From positions 54,055 through 118,054 of the forward strand of contig VGCE01000003.1 of NCBI GenBank assembly GCA_016870155.1: a stretch of 64,000 nucleotides of DNA, written 5' to 3'. This document shows positions 17,506-27,130 of the stretch, piece after piece. The notes under the pieces were generated by a model. The model ran no database searches. It saw only the letters and a list, made by a program, of their open reading frames with translations, and was not told the origin of the DNA. The stretch is from Actinomycetota bacterium. GTDB lineage: Bacteria; Actinomycetota; Thermoleophilia; Miltoncostaeales; Miltoncostaeaceae. A program made the translations under genes and the position numbers. The first letter of the stretch is position 1, and each line of letters starts with the position of its first letter.

Positions 17506-18363
17506 ATGAGCGTGCTCGGGGGCCTCTGGCGGCTCACGAATGCGGTCACCGACCGGGTGATGCGCCACTCGCAGATGGCCCGGGCGAGCCAGTTCGCCTA
17601 CGTGGCGTTCCTCGCATCCATACCCTTCTCATTCGTGCTCATCTCGATCATCGGCCTGGTGGCGAGCCCGTCGGCCTACGCGTCGCTCATCGACAGGGCC
17701 CGGGGGACGATCCCCGACCAGCTGGCCGACTTCCTCGACGAGATCCTGCAGTCGGCGTCGTCCAGCACCGGGCAATCGATCACCTTCCTGGCGCTCGGAC
17801 TGATCATCGGCCTCTGGCTCGCCGGCAACGTGGCGGGGTCGATCACCGACGGCCTCGACGACGCCTTCGAGCGGCCGCACCGGTCATGGCTGCGCGGCAA
17901 GGCGCGTGCCATCGTCACGGCCGTCCTCACCGCCCTGGTGTTCGTGGTGGCCACGCTGTTGTCGGTGGTCGGTCCGCCCGTGCTGCAGTGGGCGGCCGAG
18001 CGGGTGGGGGCGGGACAGGCGACGCAGGTGCTCGTGCAGGTGGGGGTGGCTCTCGTCGGCGCCGCGATCTTCTGGGGTTTCCTCGTGCTGCTCTACCGCT
18101 ACGGCCCTAACGATTCCACCGCCCACACCCGTCATGCGGTGCCCGGCGCCGTGGTGGGCGTGATCGGCTGGATCATCGTGGCCAGTCTCTTCCGCCTCTA
18201 CGTCGACAATTTCGGCTCGTACAACCGCGTGTATGGCAGCCTCGGCGCGGTGGTGATCTTCCTGGTGTTCCTCTACCTCACGGGCCTGGTCATCCTCATC
18301 GGCGGCGAGGCCTCCGCGCAGCTGGCCGCCGATGAGGATGACGGGGATCCCGCGCCGGGCTGA
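17506..18363 (+). CDS. YihY/BrkB-family membrane protein
   Basis: FAYVAFLASIPF, YRYGPN and YGSLGAVVIFLVFLYLTGLVILIGGE motifs typical of the family. Confidence 0.82.
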   Translation: MSVLGGLWRLTNAVTDRVMRHSQMARASQFAYVAFLASIPFSFVLISIIGLVASPSAYASLIDRARGTIPDQLADFLDEILQSASSSTGQSITFLALGLIIGLWLAGNVAGSITDGLDDAFERPHRSWLRGKARAIVTAVLTALVFVVATLLSVVGPPVLQWAAERVGAGQATQVLVQVGVALVGAAIFWGFLVLLYRYGPNDSTAHTRHAVPGAVVGVIGWIIVASLFRLYVDNFGSYNRVYGSLGAVVIFLVFLYLTGLVILIGGEASAQLAADEDDGDPAPG

Positions 18364-18942
18364 TCAGGCGTGCCTGCCCCCGGGGTAGTTGCGCTTGAGG
18401 TATGTGCTGACGGGCCGGTTGAGCACCCAGATGAGCGGCGAGTATCCGCCGAGGAGGGGCGCGAGCGGGATCGCCAGCAGGAACACCATGGCACGGCCGA
18501 TGCCGTCGAGGCTGTGGTCGTCAACCGCCACCCTCTGCAGCCACGTCAACGCGAGGCTGCAGAGCGCCAGCAGGCCGGCGTACACCGCCGTGGTGACGAT
18601 CGACGATGGCGCATCCGAGAAGAACTCCAGCCCGAAGGGAAGGAGGCAGATCAGCGCGAGGAACGCCATGTTCGCGAAGAGCACCCGCCGCGACGCCTCG
18701 GGGCCCATCTTCGCGAAGACATCGTGGTGGCTCACCCAGAAGCCCGTGATGATCGCGAAGGTGATGAGGAAGTAGATGATCTGGGGGACGGTGTCCGACC
18801 ACAGGGCCTCGCCGGGGGTGTCGCCGCCGCTCACGATCGGTGGCGTGATGCGCAGCACCATCAGCGTGATGGCCACGGCGAGCACGGCGTCCGAGAAGAA
18901 CTCGAGCCGCTTGGTGCTGATGGGGATCATCGGAACGCTCAC
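18364..18942 (-). CDS. TMEM175/DUF1211-family putative K+ channel
   Basis: N-terminal signature RLEFFSDAVLAVAITLMVL and 6 predicted TM segments. Confidence 0.82.
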   Translation of the reverse strand: MSVPMIPISTKRLEFFSDAVLAVAITLMVLRITPPIVSGGDTPGEALWSDTVPQIIYFLITFAIITGFWVSHHDVFAKMGPEASRRVLFANMAFLALICLLPFGLEFFSDAPSSIVTTAVYAGLLALCSLALTWLQRVAVDDHSLDGIGRAMVFLLAIPLAPLLGGYSPLIWVLNRPVSTYLKRNYPGGRHA

Positions 18943-18946
18943 GCCA

Positions 18947-19750
18947 TCAATCCTGGCAGTCGGGGCACCAGTACGTGGTGCGGTTGGCGTCGCCCTGCCC
19001 GCGTGAGCGTACCGGCGCTCCGCATCTGCGGCAGGGGCGCCCCCGGCGTCCGTACACCCAGGTGCGCTCGCCGGGCCGCGCGGTGCCGAGCGGGGGGCGG
19101 TAGGTGCGGATGCGCCCCCGATCGCGCACGCCGGTGGCCAGCAGGTCGGCGCCGATCGCCCCGATCGACTGCGCCTCCTCGGGCGTGAGCGTGCCCACCT
19201 GGCGCCAGGGGTCGACGCCCGCGAGGAACAACGTCTCGCTCTTGTAGACGTTGCCGATGCCGCTCATCACCCGCTGGTCCATCACGGCGTCGCCAACGGC
19301 GCGGCCAGGTTCGATGGTCAGCAGGCGCAGGCCGATCGCGGCCGGGTCGGCGTCGTCCGCCAGCAGGTCCGGGCCGAGGGCGTCGATGCGGGGCATCGGC
19401 TCGCCCGGCTCGAGCAGCGTGATCTCCGGGCCGCGGAACTGGGCCACCACGGCGTCCTCGGTGCCGAGCGCAAGCCACAGGCCGCGCTCGGGCATGGTCG
19501 CGTCGGCGTCGTACGTGCGCCACACGCCGCCCATGCGCAGGTGAGAGTGCAGCACGCGCCCGCTGCGGAAGCGGAACAGATGGTGCTTGCCGCGGGCCTC
19601 CATTCGGTCAAGCACGTCGCCGATCAGGCGCTCGTCGATGCGCTGGGGCGCCAGGCGCGGCTCGGCCACCTGCACCCGCGTGAGGGGGCTGCCCGCGATT
19701 GCGCGCGTGAGCACGATGGCGTTGCGGTGGCTCACCTGCCCCTCGGGCAT
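18947..19750 (-). CDS. nei: Fpg/Nei-family DNA glycosylase (endonuclease VIII-like)
   Basis: N-terminal MPEG, H2TH region SGIGNVYKSETLF and a C-terminal zinc finger CRRCG...YWCPDCQ. The start overlaps the lhr stop by 1 nt. Confidence 0.9.
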   Translation of the reverse strand: MPEGQVSHRNAIVLTRAIAGSPLTRVQVAEPRLAPQRIDERLIGDVLDRMEARGKHHLFRFRSGRVLHSHLRMGGVWRTYDADATMPERGLWLALGTEDAVVAQFRGPEITLLEPGEPMPRIDALGPDLLADDADPAAIGLRLLTIEPGRAVGDAVMDQRVMSGIGNVYKSETLFLAGVDPWRQVGTLTPEEAQSIGAIGADLLATGVRDRGRIRTYRPPLGTARPGERTWVYGRRGRPCRRCGAPVRSRGQGDANRTTYWCPDCQD

Positions 19751-22700
19751 CAGTCGCCGGCCTCCATGCCGCGATAGCCGGCGCGGAAGCCCGCGCGCTC
19801 CATGGCGGGGGCCGCGGGGGAGTCGGCGGCCGGGGTCCCGTCGATGCGCTCGACGCGCAGCCGCCGCGCGCGGTCGGCGCCGGCCCACCGCACGAGGGCG
19901 CGCAGCCCCGGCTCGAGGAACATGTGGTCCGGCTCCACGAGGGTGGTCATGGTGCGCCCACCGCGCTCCAGGTGGGCGATGGGCACGCCGTCGGCCAGCA
20001 CCACCTGCGCGCCGAACACCCGCGACGGCGAGCGTCCGCCCTCGCGCTTGGGCCACGGCAGCGCCGCGCCGTAGGGCTGCGCCGGGTCGGCCGCGCCGAT
20101 GATGAGCACGTCGGGCTCGTCCCCTTCGAGGCGGTCCACGCGCAGGTCGCGCAGGCGGTCGATGGCGCCGGGAAGCGCGAATTGCGCTCCGCCGAGCCCC
20201 TCCACGAAGTACCCCCTGCGGCAAAGGCCGAGGGTCTCCATCTGGCCGAGGTCGGGGTACACGGCGCTGAAGCCCCCGGGGATTCCCTCGCCCATCACCG
20301 CGCCGCGGGTGACGATGCCGTGGCGGTCGAGCAGGATCTCGGCCAGCGCCCGGCGGCGGTCGGCCACCGATGGTGCCCGGTCGAACAGCGGGGCGGTGAG
20401 CGCCCAGCGCCCGCCGGTCAGCGCGGCGCGGCCGCCGCGCATGCGGGCTGATCGGCCCCAGGTGCGCCCGCGCGGCGCGCGGGCGGACGCCACGCGCCGG
20501 GTGCCGCGGGGGCCCGAGCGCAGGGGGGTCCAGAGGTCGTTGGTCACCTCGCCCGCCCACACCAGCGCCCACAGGGCGGCCACGGCCTCGTCGCGGGGCA
20601 CATCGGCGATGTCGATGAGGTCGTCGAGGAACTGAGCGCCGGTGGCGAGCGCCGCGCGCATGCGGTCGGCGCCCTCGCCCTCGGGGCTGGCGTCGGCGGC
20701 CGGCGGCCCGAACACCGCGGCGTCCTCACGCAGGTAGATGGCCACGCGGCCCCCGCCGCCCGAGCCCAGCGAGCCTGCACCCACCCAGGTGATCTCGCCG
20801 GCGGCCGCCAGCTGGTCGAGCCACGCGGGCGAGTACGAGCCCAGGCGGCGGGGGAAGGTCTCGCCCTCCCACTGGGCCGCGGGCAGCGCGATGCCCTGCA
20901 GGCCCGATATGGCGTCGCGCAGGGCGTCGGGCCCGGGCGGGGAGTCGGGCCGGTCGATGCGCTGCCACTGCGGCAGGAACCGCGCGAGCACCTCGGGGTC
21001 GGTGGGCTCCACCTCGCGCCTGAGGCGCGCCATGCTCATGCGACGCAGGCGACGCAGCACCTCGGGATCGCACCACTCCTCGCCGCTGCCGCCGGGGCGC
21101 ATCTGGCCGCGCACCAGGCCGCCCTCAGCCTCCATCAGGCCCAGGGTCTGCTCCACCAGCGATGGCGACGCGCCCAGGCGCCGCGCGGCGTCGGCGGCGC
21201 GGAAGGGCCCGTGGGTGCGGGCGTAGCGGGCAAGCAGGCCCTCCAGCGCGCGCGGGGCGGGCTCGAGGAAGGCGTCGGGCAGCCCCGGGGGAGGCATCAC
21301 CCCGAGCCCGTCGCGGTAGCGGCCGGCGTCCTCGGCGGCGATGAGGCGGTCATCTCCGGCCACGCGCGCGCGGGCGGCGCGGCGCTCGCGCTCGAGCTGG
21401 TCGAGCACCGCCGGCATGGCGTCGGGCTGCTCCATGCGGCGGGCGATCTCGTCCTCGGTCAGGTCGCCGAGGCGGCGCAGCAGGTCGTGCACGCTGTCAA
21501 CCCCGCGCGCCGGGCGCTCGGGGTTGAGCCCCTGAAGATCGGCCTCGAGGTCGTCGAGCGCGTCCGGGTCGATGAGCTCGCGCAGCTCGTCCTGGCCCAG
21601 CAGCTCGCGCAGCAGGTCGCGGTCGAGGGCCAGGGCCTGTGCCCGGCGCTCGGCCGCGGGGGTGTCGTCGTCGTACATGTAGGACGCCACGTACTCGAAC
21701 AGCAGCGCCCCGGCGAAGGGCGACGCCGAGTCGGTCTCCACCTCGGTCACCGCCACTTCGCGCGACGCGATGCGCCCGAGCAGGTCGCGCAGCGCGGGCA
21801 TGTCGAACCAGTCGTTCAGGCACTCGCGGTAGGTCTCGAGGATCACCGGGAACGACCCGAACCGACGCGCGACCTCGAGCAGCGACGAGGCCTTGAGCCG
21901 CTGCTGCCATAGGGGCGTGCGGCGGCCGGGGTGGCGGCGGGGGATCAGCAGCGCGCGCGAGGCGTTCTCGCGGAAGCGCGACCCGAACAGCGCGGTGCCG
22001 CCCAGCTCGCCGAGGATGAGGTCCTCCACGTCCGCGGCGTCGGGCAGCAGCACGTCGGTGGGGGGCAGCGTGTCGCCATCCACCACGTGGCAGGCGATGC
22101 CGTCGTCGCTCCAGATCACGTGCGGGTCGGTGCCGGTGGCCTCGCGCAGCCGGGCCTGTATGGCCAGCGCCCATGGAGCGTGCACGCGCGCGCCGAAGGG
22201 CGAGAGCACGCACAGCCGCCAGTCGCCGATCTCGTCGCGGAATCGTTCCACCACGATGCCGATGTCGCTGGGCACCGTGCCGGTGGCCTGCAGTTGGTCG
22301 CGCACGTACTGGATGAGATTGGCGGCCGCGCGGTCGTCGAACCGGCTGTCGGCCTTGAGGCGCGCGGTGGCGTCGGCGGGATCTGCGGCGGCGAGGTCGC
22401 GGGCCATGCGCCCCACGGCCGCGCCGAGCTCATAGGGGCGCCCCACGCCCTCGCCGCGCCAGAAGGGCACGGCGCCCGGTGCACCCGGGGCGGGAGACAC
22501 CAGCACGCGGTCGCGGGTTATCTGCTCGATGCGCCACGTGGATGCGCCGAGCATGAACGCCTGGCCGGCCCGGGCCTCATACACCATCTCCTCGTCCAGC
22601 TCGCCCACCCGCGTGCGGCCGTCGGCCAGGAACACCCCGAACAGCCCGCGGTCGGGGATGGTGCCGGCGTTCTCCACGGCCAGGCGCCGGGCGCCGTCGC

Positions 22701-24297
22701 GGCCGCGCAGGATGCCCTCGGCGCGGTCCCACACCACGCGGGGCTTGAGCTCGGCGAACTCATCCGACGGATACCGGCCGGCGAGCATGTCGAGCACGCC
22801 CTCCAACTGGTCGCGCGAGAGGTCGGCGAAGGGGTAGCTGCGCCGCGCGGTGGCCAGCACCTCGTCCACGGCCATGGGCTCATCGCCCGACACCATGGCC
22901 ACCACCTGCTGCGCCAGCACGTCGAGCGGCAGGCGCGGCACGTGGGTCTCCTCGATGGCGCCCTCGCGCATGCGCTCCACCACCGCGGCGCACTCGAGCA
23001 GGTCACCCCGGTACTTGGGGAAGATGCGCCCCCTGCTCGGCACGTCGATGCGGTGACCCGCGCGGCCCACGCGCTGTATTCCGCGCGCCACGCTGCGCGG
23101 GCTCTCCACCTGTATCACCAGGTCCACGGCGCCCATGTCCACGCCAAGCTCGAGGCTGCTGGTGGCCACCAGCGCCGGTATGCGCCCGGCCTTCAGGTCC
23201 TCCTCGATGATCGTGCGCTGCTCGCGGGCCAGCGAGCCGTGGTGGGCGCGCGCCACCTCCTCCTCGGCCAGCTCGTTCAGGCGCAGCGCCAGCCGCTCGG
23301 CCGATCGCCGGTTGTTCACGAAGATCAGCGTGCTGCGATGGGCCTTCACCAGCTCGAGCAGCGCCGGGTACATCGCGGGCCAGATCGACCTGCGGGTGCC
23401 GCCGCCGCCGATGACGTCGAGCAGGTCCTGCCCGCCGCCGTCCTCAGGGCCTCGCCCGGGCTCGGCCATGTCGCGCATGTCGTCCACGGGCACGATCACC
23501 TCGAGGTCCAGTTCCTTCACCCGGCCGGCATCCACGAGGCTCACCGGGCGCGGCGCGCCGTCGTCGTCCTGGCCCCCGAGGAACCGCGCGATCTCGCTGA
23601 GCGGCCGCTGCGTGGCGCTGAGCCCGATGCGCTGGATGGGTTGCTCGGCGACGTCCTCCAGCCGCTCGAGCGACAGCGCCAGGTGGCTGCCGCGCTTGGT
23701 GCCCGCCATCGCGTGGATCTCGTCAACGATCACGCCGGTCACCCCCCGCAGCATCTCCTGGCCCTTGCTGGTGAGCAGCAGGTAGAGGCTCTCGGGGGTG
23801 GTGATGAGGATGTCCGGCGGATTGCGCAGCATGCGCTGCCGCTCAGACTGCGGCGTGTCGCCGGTGCGCACGCCCACCGTGATCTCGGGCGGCTCGAGCC
23901 CCAAGCGCCGCGCCGACTCCGCGATGCCCGCGAGCGGCCCGCGAAGATTGCGCTCCACGTCGTAGTTGAGTGCCTTGAGGGGAGAGATGTAAAGGATGCG
24001 ACCGGCATCGACGCCGTCATCGGTGACAGTCACCGACTCCCCCGGGTGACTGTCACCATCCAGCGCCGACGGGGCTCCGGCGAGCCGCGCCGAGGCGATC
24101 TGGTTGAGCCCCCAGAGGAACGCCGCCAGGGTCTTTCCCGATCCGGTGGGCGCCACGATAAGCGTGTGCTCGCCGCCGGCGATATGTGGCCATCCCTGCG
24201 CCTGCGGGGGAGTCGGCCCCGCGAACGCGCGCGTGAACCACTCGGCCACCGCGGGGTGGAACGGGACGAGCACATCCGGGGCGGGTGCCGTGGTCAC
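19750..24297 (-). CDS. lhr: Lhr-family ATP-dependent DNA helicase (large helicase-related protein)
   Basis: APTGSGKTLAAF (motif I), VDEIH (DEAH-type) and SSLELGVDMG motifs in a 1515-aa product. Followed by nei, as in the mycobacterial lhr-nei operon. Confidence 0.95.
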   Translation of the reverse strand: MTTAPAPDVLVPFHPAVAEWFTRAFAGPTPPQAQGWPHIAGGEHTLIVAPTGSGKTLAAFLWGLNQIASARLAGAPSALDGDSHPGESVTVTDDGVDAGRILYISPLKALNYDVERNLRGPLAGIAESARRLGLEPPEITVGVRTGDTPQSERQRMLRNPPDILITTPESLYLLLTSKGQEMLRGVTGVIVDEIHAMAGTKRGSHLALSLERLEDVAEQPIQRIGLSATQRPLSEIARFLGGQDDDGAPRPVSLVDAGRVKELDLEVIVPVDDMRDMAEPGRGPEDGGGQDLLDVIGGGGTRRSIWPAMYPALLELVKAHRSTLIFVNNRRSAERLALRLNELAEEEVARAHHGSLAREQRTIIEEDLKAGRIPALVATSSLELGVDMGAVDLVIQVESPRSVARGIQRVGRAGHRIDVPSRGRIFPKYRGDLLECAAVVERMREGAIEETHVPRLPLDVLAQQVVAMVSGDEPMAVDEVLATARRSYPFADLSRDQLEGVLDMLAGRYPSDEFAELKPRVVWDRAEGILRGRDGARRLAVENAGTIPDRGLFGVFLADGRTRVGELDEEMVYEARAGQAFMLGASTWRIEQITRDRVLVSPAPGAPGAVPFWRGEGVGRPYELGAAVGRMARDLAAADPADATARLKADSRFDDRAAANLIQYVRDQLQATGTVPSDIGIVVERFRDEIGDWRLCVLSPFGARVHAPWALAIQARLREATGTDPHVIWSDDGIACHVVDGDTLPPTDVLLPDAADVEDLILGELGGTALFGSRFRENASRALLIPRRHPGRRTPLWQQRLKASSLLEVARRFGSFPVILETYRECLNDWFDMPALRDLLGRIASREVAVTEVETDSASPFAGALLFEYVASYMYDDDTPAAERRAQALALDRDLLRELLGQDELRELIDPDALDDLEADLQGLNPERPARGVDSVHDLLRRLGDLTEDEIARRMEQPDAMPAVLDQLERERRAARARVAGDDRLIAAEDAGRYRDGLGVMPPPGLPDAFLEPAPRALEGLLARYARTHGPFRAADAARRLGASPSLVEQTLGLMEAEGGLVRGQMRPGGSGEEWCDPEVLRRLRRMSMARLRREVEPTDPEVLARFLPQWQRIDRPDSPPGPDALRDAISGLQGIALPAAQWEGETFPRRLGSYSPAWLDQLAAAGEITWVGAGSLGSGGGGRVAIYLREDAAVFGPPAADASPEGEGADRMRAALATGAQFLDDLIDIADVPRDEAVAALWALVWAGEVTNDLWTPLRSGPRGTRRVASARAPRGRTWGRSARMRGGRAALTGGRWALTAPLFDRAPSVADRRRALAEILLDRHGIVTRGAVMGEGIPGGFSAVYPDLGQMETLGLCRRGYFVEGLGGAQFALPGAIDRLRDLRVDRLEGDEPDVLIIGAADPAQPYGAALPWPKREGGRSPSRVFGAQVVLADGVPIAHLERGGRTMTTLVEPDHMFLEPGLRALVRWAGADRARRLRVERIDGTPAADSPAAPAMERAGFRAGYRGMEAGD
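24022..24057. repeat. Composite element GGTGACAGTCACC-N10-GGTGACTGTCACC inside the lhr coding sequence
   Basis: 13-mers at 24022-24034 and 24045-24057. The 36-nt element is translated on the lhr strand as GDSHPGESVTVT. Confidence 0.9.
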
Positions 24298-24339
24298 GGG
24301 TAAACGCTATCGCCGCGACCGGGCGGATATGGCCCGAGC

Positions 24340-24375
24340 GGTGACAGTCACCAGGCGGCCGCGGTGACTGTCACC
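24340..24375. repeat. Composite element GGTGACAGTCACC-N10-GGTGACTGTCACC in the lhr/clpS divergent intergenic region
   Basis: 13-mers at 24340-24352 and 24363-24375, each embedded in GCGGTGAC[A/T]GTCACCAGG. They lie 43-78 nt upstream of the lhr GTG start (24297). Confidence 0.9.
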
Positions 24376-24705
24376 AGGGATCGCCTACTATCATCCCCAT
24401 TCGTGGGTTCCGACGTCCTCACGCCGCCTGCGGAGACGATCCGCACCACCGGCCCGGGGGCCGGCCTTGGAAGGCCGGTCTCGGTGATCGTGATGAACGA
24501 CAGCCACAACACGTTCGAGGGTGTGGCGACGATCCTGTCGCAGTTCGTCCCCGAGGTGGACTACGCCAAGGGGCTGAAGCTCGCGAATACCATCCATAAC
24601 TCGGGGCAGGCCACCGTGTGGAGGGGCGATCATGAGCGCGCGGAACTCATCTGGGACCAGTTGAAGCAGGCGGGGCTGACCATGGCCCCGCTCACCGACG
24701 GATAG
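24364..24705 (+). CDS. clpS: ATP-dependent Clp protease adaptor ClpS
   Basis: Core VSVIVMNDSHNTFEGVATIL...VHNSG-like region (IHNSGQATVW). The start is ambiguous: GTG 24364 lies inside the dyad, and GTG 24403 is the alternative. Confidence 0.85.
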   Translation: MTVTRDRLLSSPFVGSDVLTPPAETIRTTGPGAGLGRPVSVIVMNDSHNTFEGVATILSQFVPEVDYAKGLKLANTIHNSGQATVWRGDHERAELIWDQLKQAGLTMAPLTDG

Positions 24706-24717
24706 GGGAGACGCCGA

Positions 24718-25416
24718 GTGGCCGAGGAGACACGCCAACCCACCTGGTACGACCAGGCAACCGCCGCGCAGCAGGCGCAGGCCCAGGAGGTCGAGCAGGT
24801 AACGCAGAAGGCGCTGCTCAGCCGCGTGATGTTCCTCGTGGCCGTCACCTGCGGATTCACCGCCGCCGGCGCCTTCATCGCCCGAGACTTCAGCGGCGGC
24901 GCCATGATCGCCTGCTGGATCGGCGCCTTCGTGCTCATCCTGGCCAGCGGCTTCATCAAGAAGCAGAGCGGCCCGCTCGGCATGACGCTGCTGTTCGTCG
25001 TCGGGCTGCTGCTCGGCATGGCCGTGGGCCCGGCGCTGCAGGTGTACGTGTCGGTGAACGGCGCCCAGGTGCTGTGGCAGGCCGCCGGCGCCACCGCACT
25101 GTTCATCGCGGCCTTCGGCGCGTGGGGCTACGCCACCCGCCGCGACCTCGCGCCGTACGTGCGCTTCTTCTTCTGGGCGCTCATCGGCCTGATCGTGTTC
25201 GGCATCGTGATGATCTTCGTGCAGATCCCCGCGGGCTACCTGATCTGGTCGGTCCTCGGGCTGGCCATCTTCGCCTTCTGGACGGCCTTCGACTTCCAGC
25301 GCCTGCGCAAGTCGACCACCGGCAATGTGGCGGTGCCGATCGCGCTGGGGATCTTCCTCGACATCTTCAACGTCTTCCTGTTCTTCCTCCAGATCTTCGG
25401 CGGGGGCGGCAGGTAG
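24718..25416 (+). CDS. Bax inhibitor-1/YccA-family membrane protein
   Basis: 7-TM profile with family-typical C-terminus GIFLDIFNVFLFFLQIFGG. Confidence 0.82.
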   Translation: MAEETRQPTWYDQATAAQQAQAQEVEQVTQKALLSRVMFLVAVTCGFTAAGAFIARDFSGGAMIACWIGAFVLILASGFIKKQSGPLGMTLLFVVGLLLGMAVGPALQVYVSVNGAQVLWQAAGATALFIAAFGAWGYATRRDLAPYVRFFFWALIGLIVFGIVMIFVQIPAGYLIWSVLGLAIFAFWTAFDFQRLRKSTTGNVAVPIALGIFLDIFNVFLFFLQIFGGGGR

Positions 25417-25420
25417 GCGC

Positions 25421-27130
25421 ATGACCGGCTCGGACGCCCTGCTCGACGCGCTCGTCGCGCAGGGCGTCGAGGTCATATTCGGCAATCCGGGAAGCACCGA
25501 GCTGCCGCTCATGGACGCCCTGGCGGCCCCGGGGCGACCGCGGTTCGTGCTGGGGCTCACCGAGCCGGTGGTCATGGGCATGGCCGACGGCTACGCGCAG
25601 GCGTCCGGGCGCCTCGGGGTGGCCCTGGTGCACGTGCAGCCCGGCATGGCCAATGCCATGAGCGGGGTGCTCAACGCCGCACGCGCCCGGGTTCCGCTGC
25701 TGGTGATCGTGGGCCAGCAGCTCTCGTCGATGCTCCCCGGTGCGCCCTTCCTGGGCGGGGATGTCATCGGCATGGCCCGGCCGCTCGCCCGCTATGCGGA
25801 GGAGGTCACCGACCCGGCGATGCTGGGGCCGATGCTCGCAGAGGCCGTGCGGGCCGCGTTCGGCCCGCCCGCGGGCCCGGCGGTGCTGAGCATCCCGCTC
25901 GAGGCGCAGGCGGGTGCAGCCGATCCGCTGCCGGCCTTGCCCACCGGGCCGCAGCGCCTCGACCCGCCCGATGCCGCCGACCTCGCTCGCGCGGCCGCCC
26001 TGCTCGCGGCGGCATCGTCGCCGGTGATCCTGGCGGGCGATGGCGTGGCGCACTACCACGCCCAGGCAGAACTGTCCGCCCTCGCCGCCCGGCTGGGCGC
26101 GCCGGTGATGGGCGAGCCCTTCGCGGCTCTCATGCCGCTCGACACCGACGACCCCGCCTGGGCCGGCCCAATGCCCCGCGCCGCCGCACCCATCCGCCAG
26201 GCGCTGGCGGGGCACGACGTGGTGCTGGCCGTCGGCATGCCGGTGTTCCGGCTGTTCGGCTGGAGCCCCGGGGCACCGATGCCCGATGGAACCCGGTTGA
26301 TCCACGTGGACGTGGACCCGGAGGAGATCGGGCGCATGGTCGCCCCGGAGGTGGGAATCGTGGCCGAGCCGGGGGACGCCCTGCGCGCCGTGCTCGCCCT
26401 GTTGGGTGAGGCCGCCGCCGCGCGACGCGCAATGCTCTCCACGGCCCACGAGGCCGCGCGCGCCAACGCCCGTGCCGAGCTACGCGCCCGCGCCGACGGC
26501 GCAGAGGTGATCTCCCCCGCTGCGCTGTCGGCGGCCCTCGGCGAGGGGGTGGCCCTCGCCGACCTGGTGGTGGACGAGGGCATCACCTCCACCCGCGACC
26601 TGCGCGTGGCGCTTGGCGACCGCGACGTGGGCTCATGCATGTGGCATCGTGGCAGCGCGCTGGGGTGGGGTCTGCCGGCCGCAGTGGGCGCCGCCATCGC
26701 CGATCCCACGCGCCGCGTGGTGTGCGCCCAGGGCGACGGCTCGCTCATGTTCGGCGTGCACGCGCTCTGGACCGCCGCGCACGAGCGCTGCCGCCTGGCG
26801 CTCGTCGTGGCCGACAACTCGTCGTATGAGATCCTGCGCGCGGGAATGGAGGGGCTCACCGGCACCCCGCAGGGCGGGTGGCCGGGCCTTGACGTCACCG
26901 ACCCGCCGCTGGACATCGCCGGCATCTGCCGCGGCTTCGGGGCCAGCGCGGAGTCGGTGACGGACCCCGCGGATCTCCCGGCGGCCGTCGGTGACATGCT
27001 CGCCCGCGCCGAGCACGGACCCGCCGTGCTGGTGGCCCGGGTGGACGGCCTCACGCCCGCCGTGGGCGGTCCGCTGCACGCCGCCCTGGCCCAGCGCGGG
27101 TCGGGGACCCAGAGTGGGTCCGTGTCCTAG
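25421..27130 (+). CDS. Thiamine-diphosphate-dependent enzyme (benzoylformate decarboxylase / acetolactate synthase-like)
   Basis: N-terminal VIFGNPGSTELPLMDAL and the TPP-binding motif GDGSLMF...ADNSSY. Confidence 0.82.
   Translation: MTGSDALLDALVAQGVEVIFGNPGSTELPLMDALAAPGRPRFVLGLTEPVVMGMADGYAQASGRLGVALVHVQPGMANAMSGVLNAARARVPLLVIVGQQLSSMLPGAPFLGGDVIGMARPLARYAEEVTDPAMLGPMLAEAVRAAFGPPAGPAVLSIPLEAQAGAADPLPALPTGPQRLDPPDAADLARAAALLAAASSPVILAGDGVAHYHAQAELSALAARLGAPVMGEPFAALMPLDTDDPAWAGPMPRAAAPIRQALAGHDVVLAVGMPVFRLFGWSPGAPMPDGTRLIHVDVDPEEIGRMVAPEVGIVAEPGDALRAVLALLGEAAAARRAMLSTAHEAARANARAELRARADGAEVISPAALSAALGEGVALADLVVDEGITSTRDLRVALGDRDVGSCMWHRGSALGWGLPAAVGAAIADPTRRVVCAQGDGSLMFGVHALWTAAHERCRLALVVADNSSYEILRAGMEGLTGTPQGGWPGLDVTDPPLDIAGICRGFGASAESVTDPADLPAAVGDMLARAEHGPAVLVARVDGLTPAVGGPLHAALAQRGSGTQSGSVS

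Noticed and set aside
24104-24367. An 87-aa ORF spanning the lhr start and the dyad repeats. Also the small ORFs starting MTVT at 7552-7905 and 7911-8372.
   Set aside because: Their starts are created by the GTG within the palindrome itself. The products are Arg/Pro-rich and overlap better-supported genes.
24298-24402. Possibility that the lhr upstream dyads are a LexA SOS box or the RecA-independent (PafBC) DNA-damage promoter motif.
   Set aside because: GGTGAC-W-GTCACC matches neither the actinobacterial LexA consensus TCGAAC-N4-GTTCGA nor, as far as I recall it, the PafBC-associated motif. It is kept only as an unassigned operator or REP-like element.
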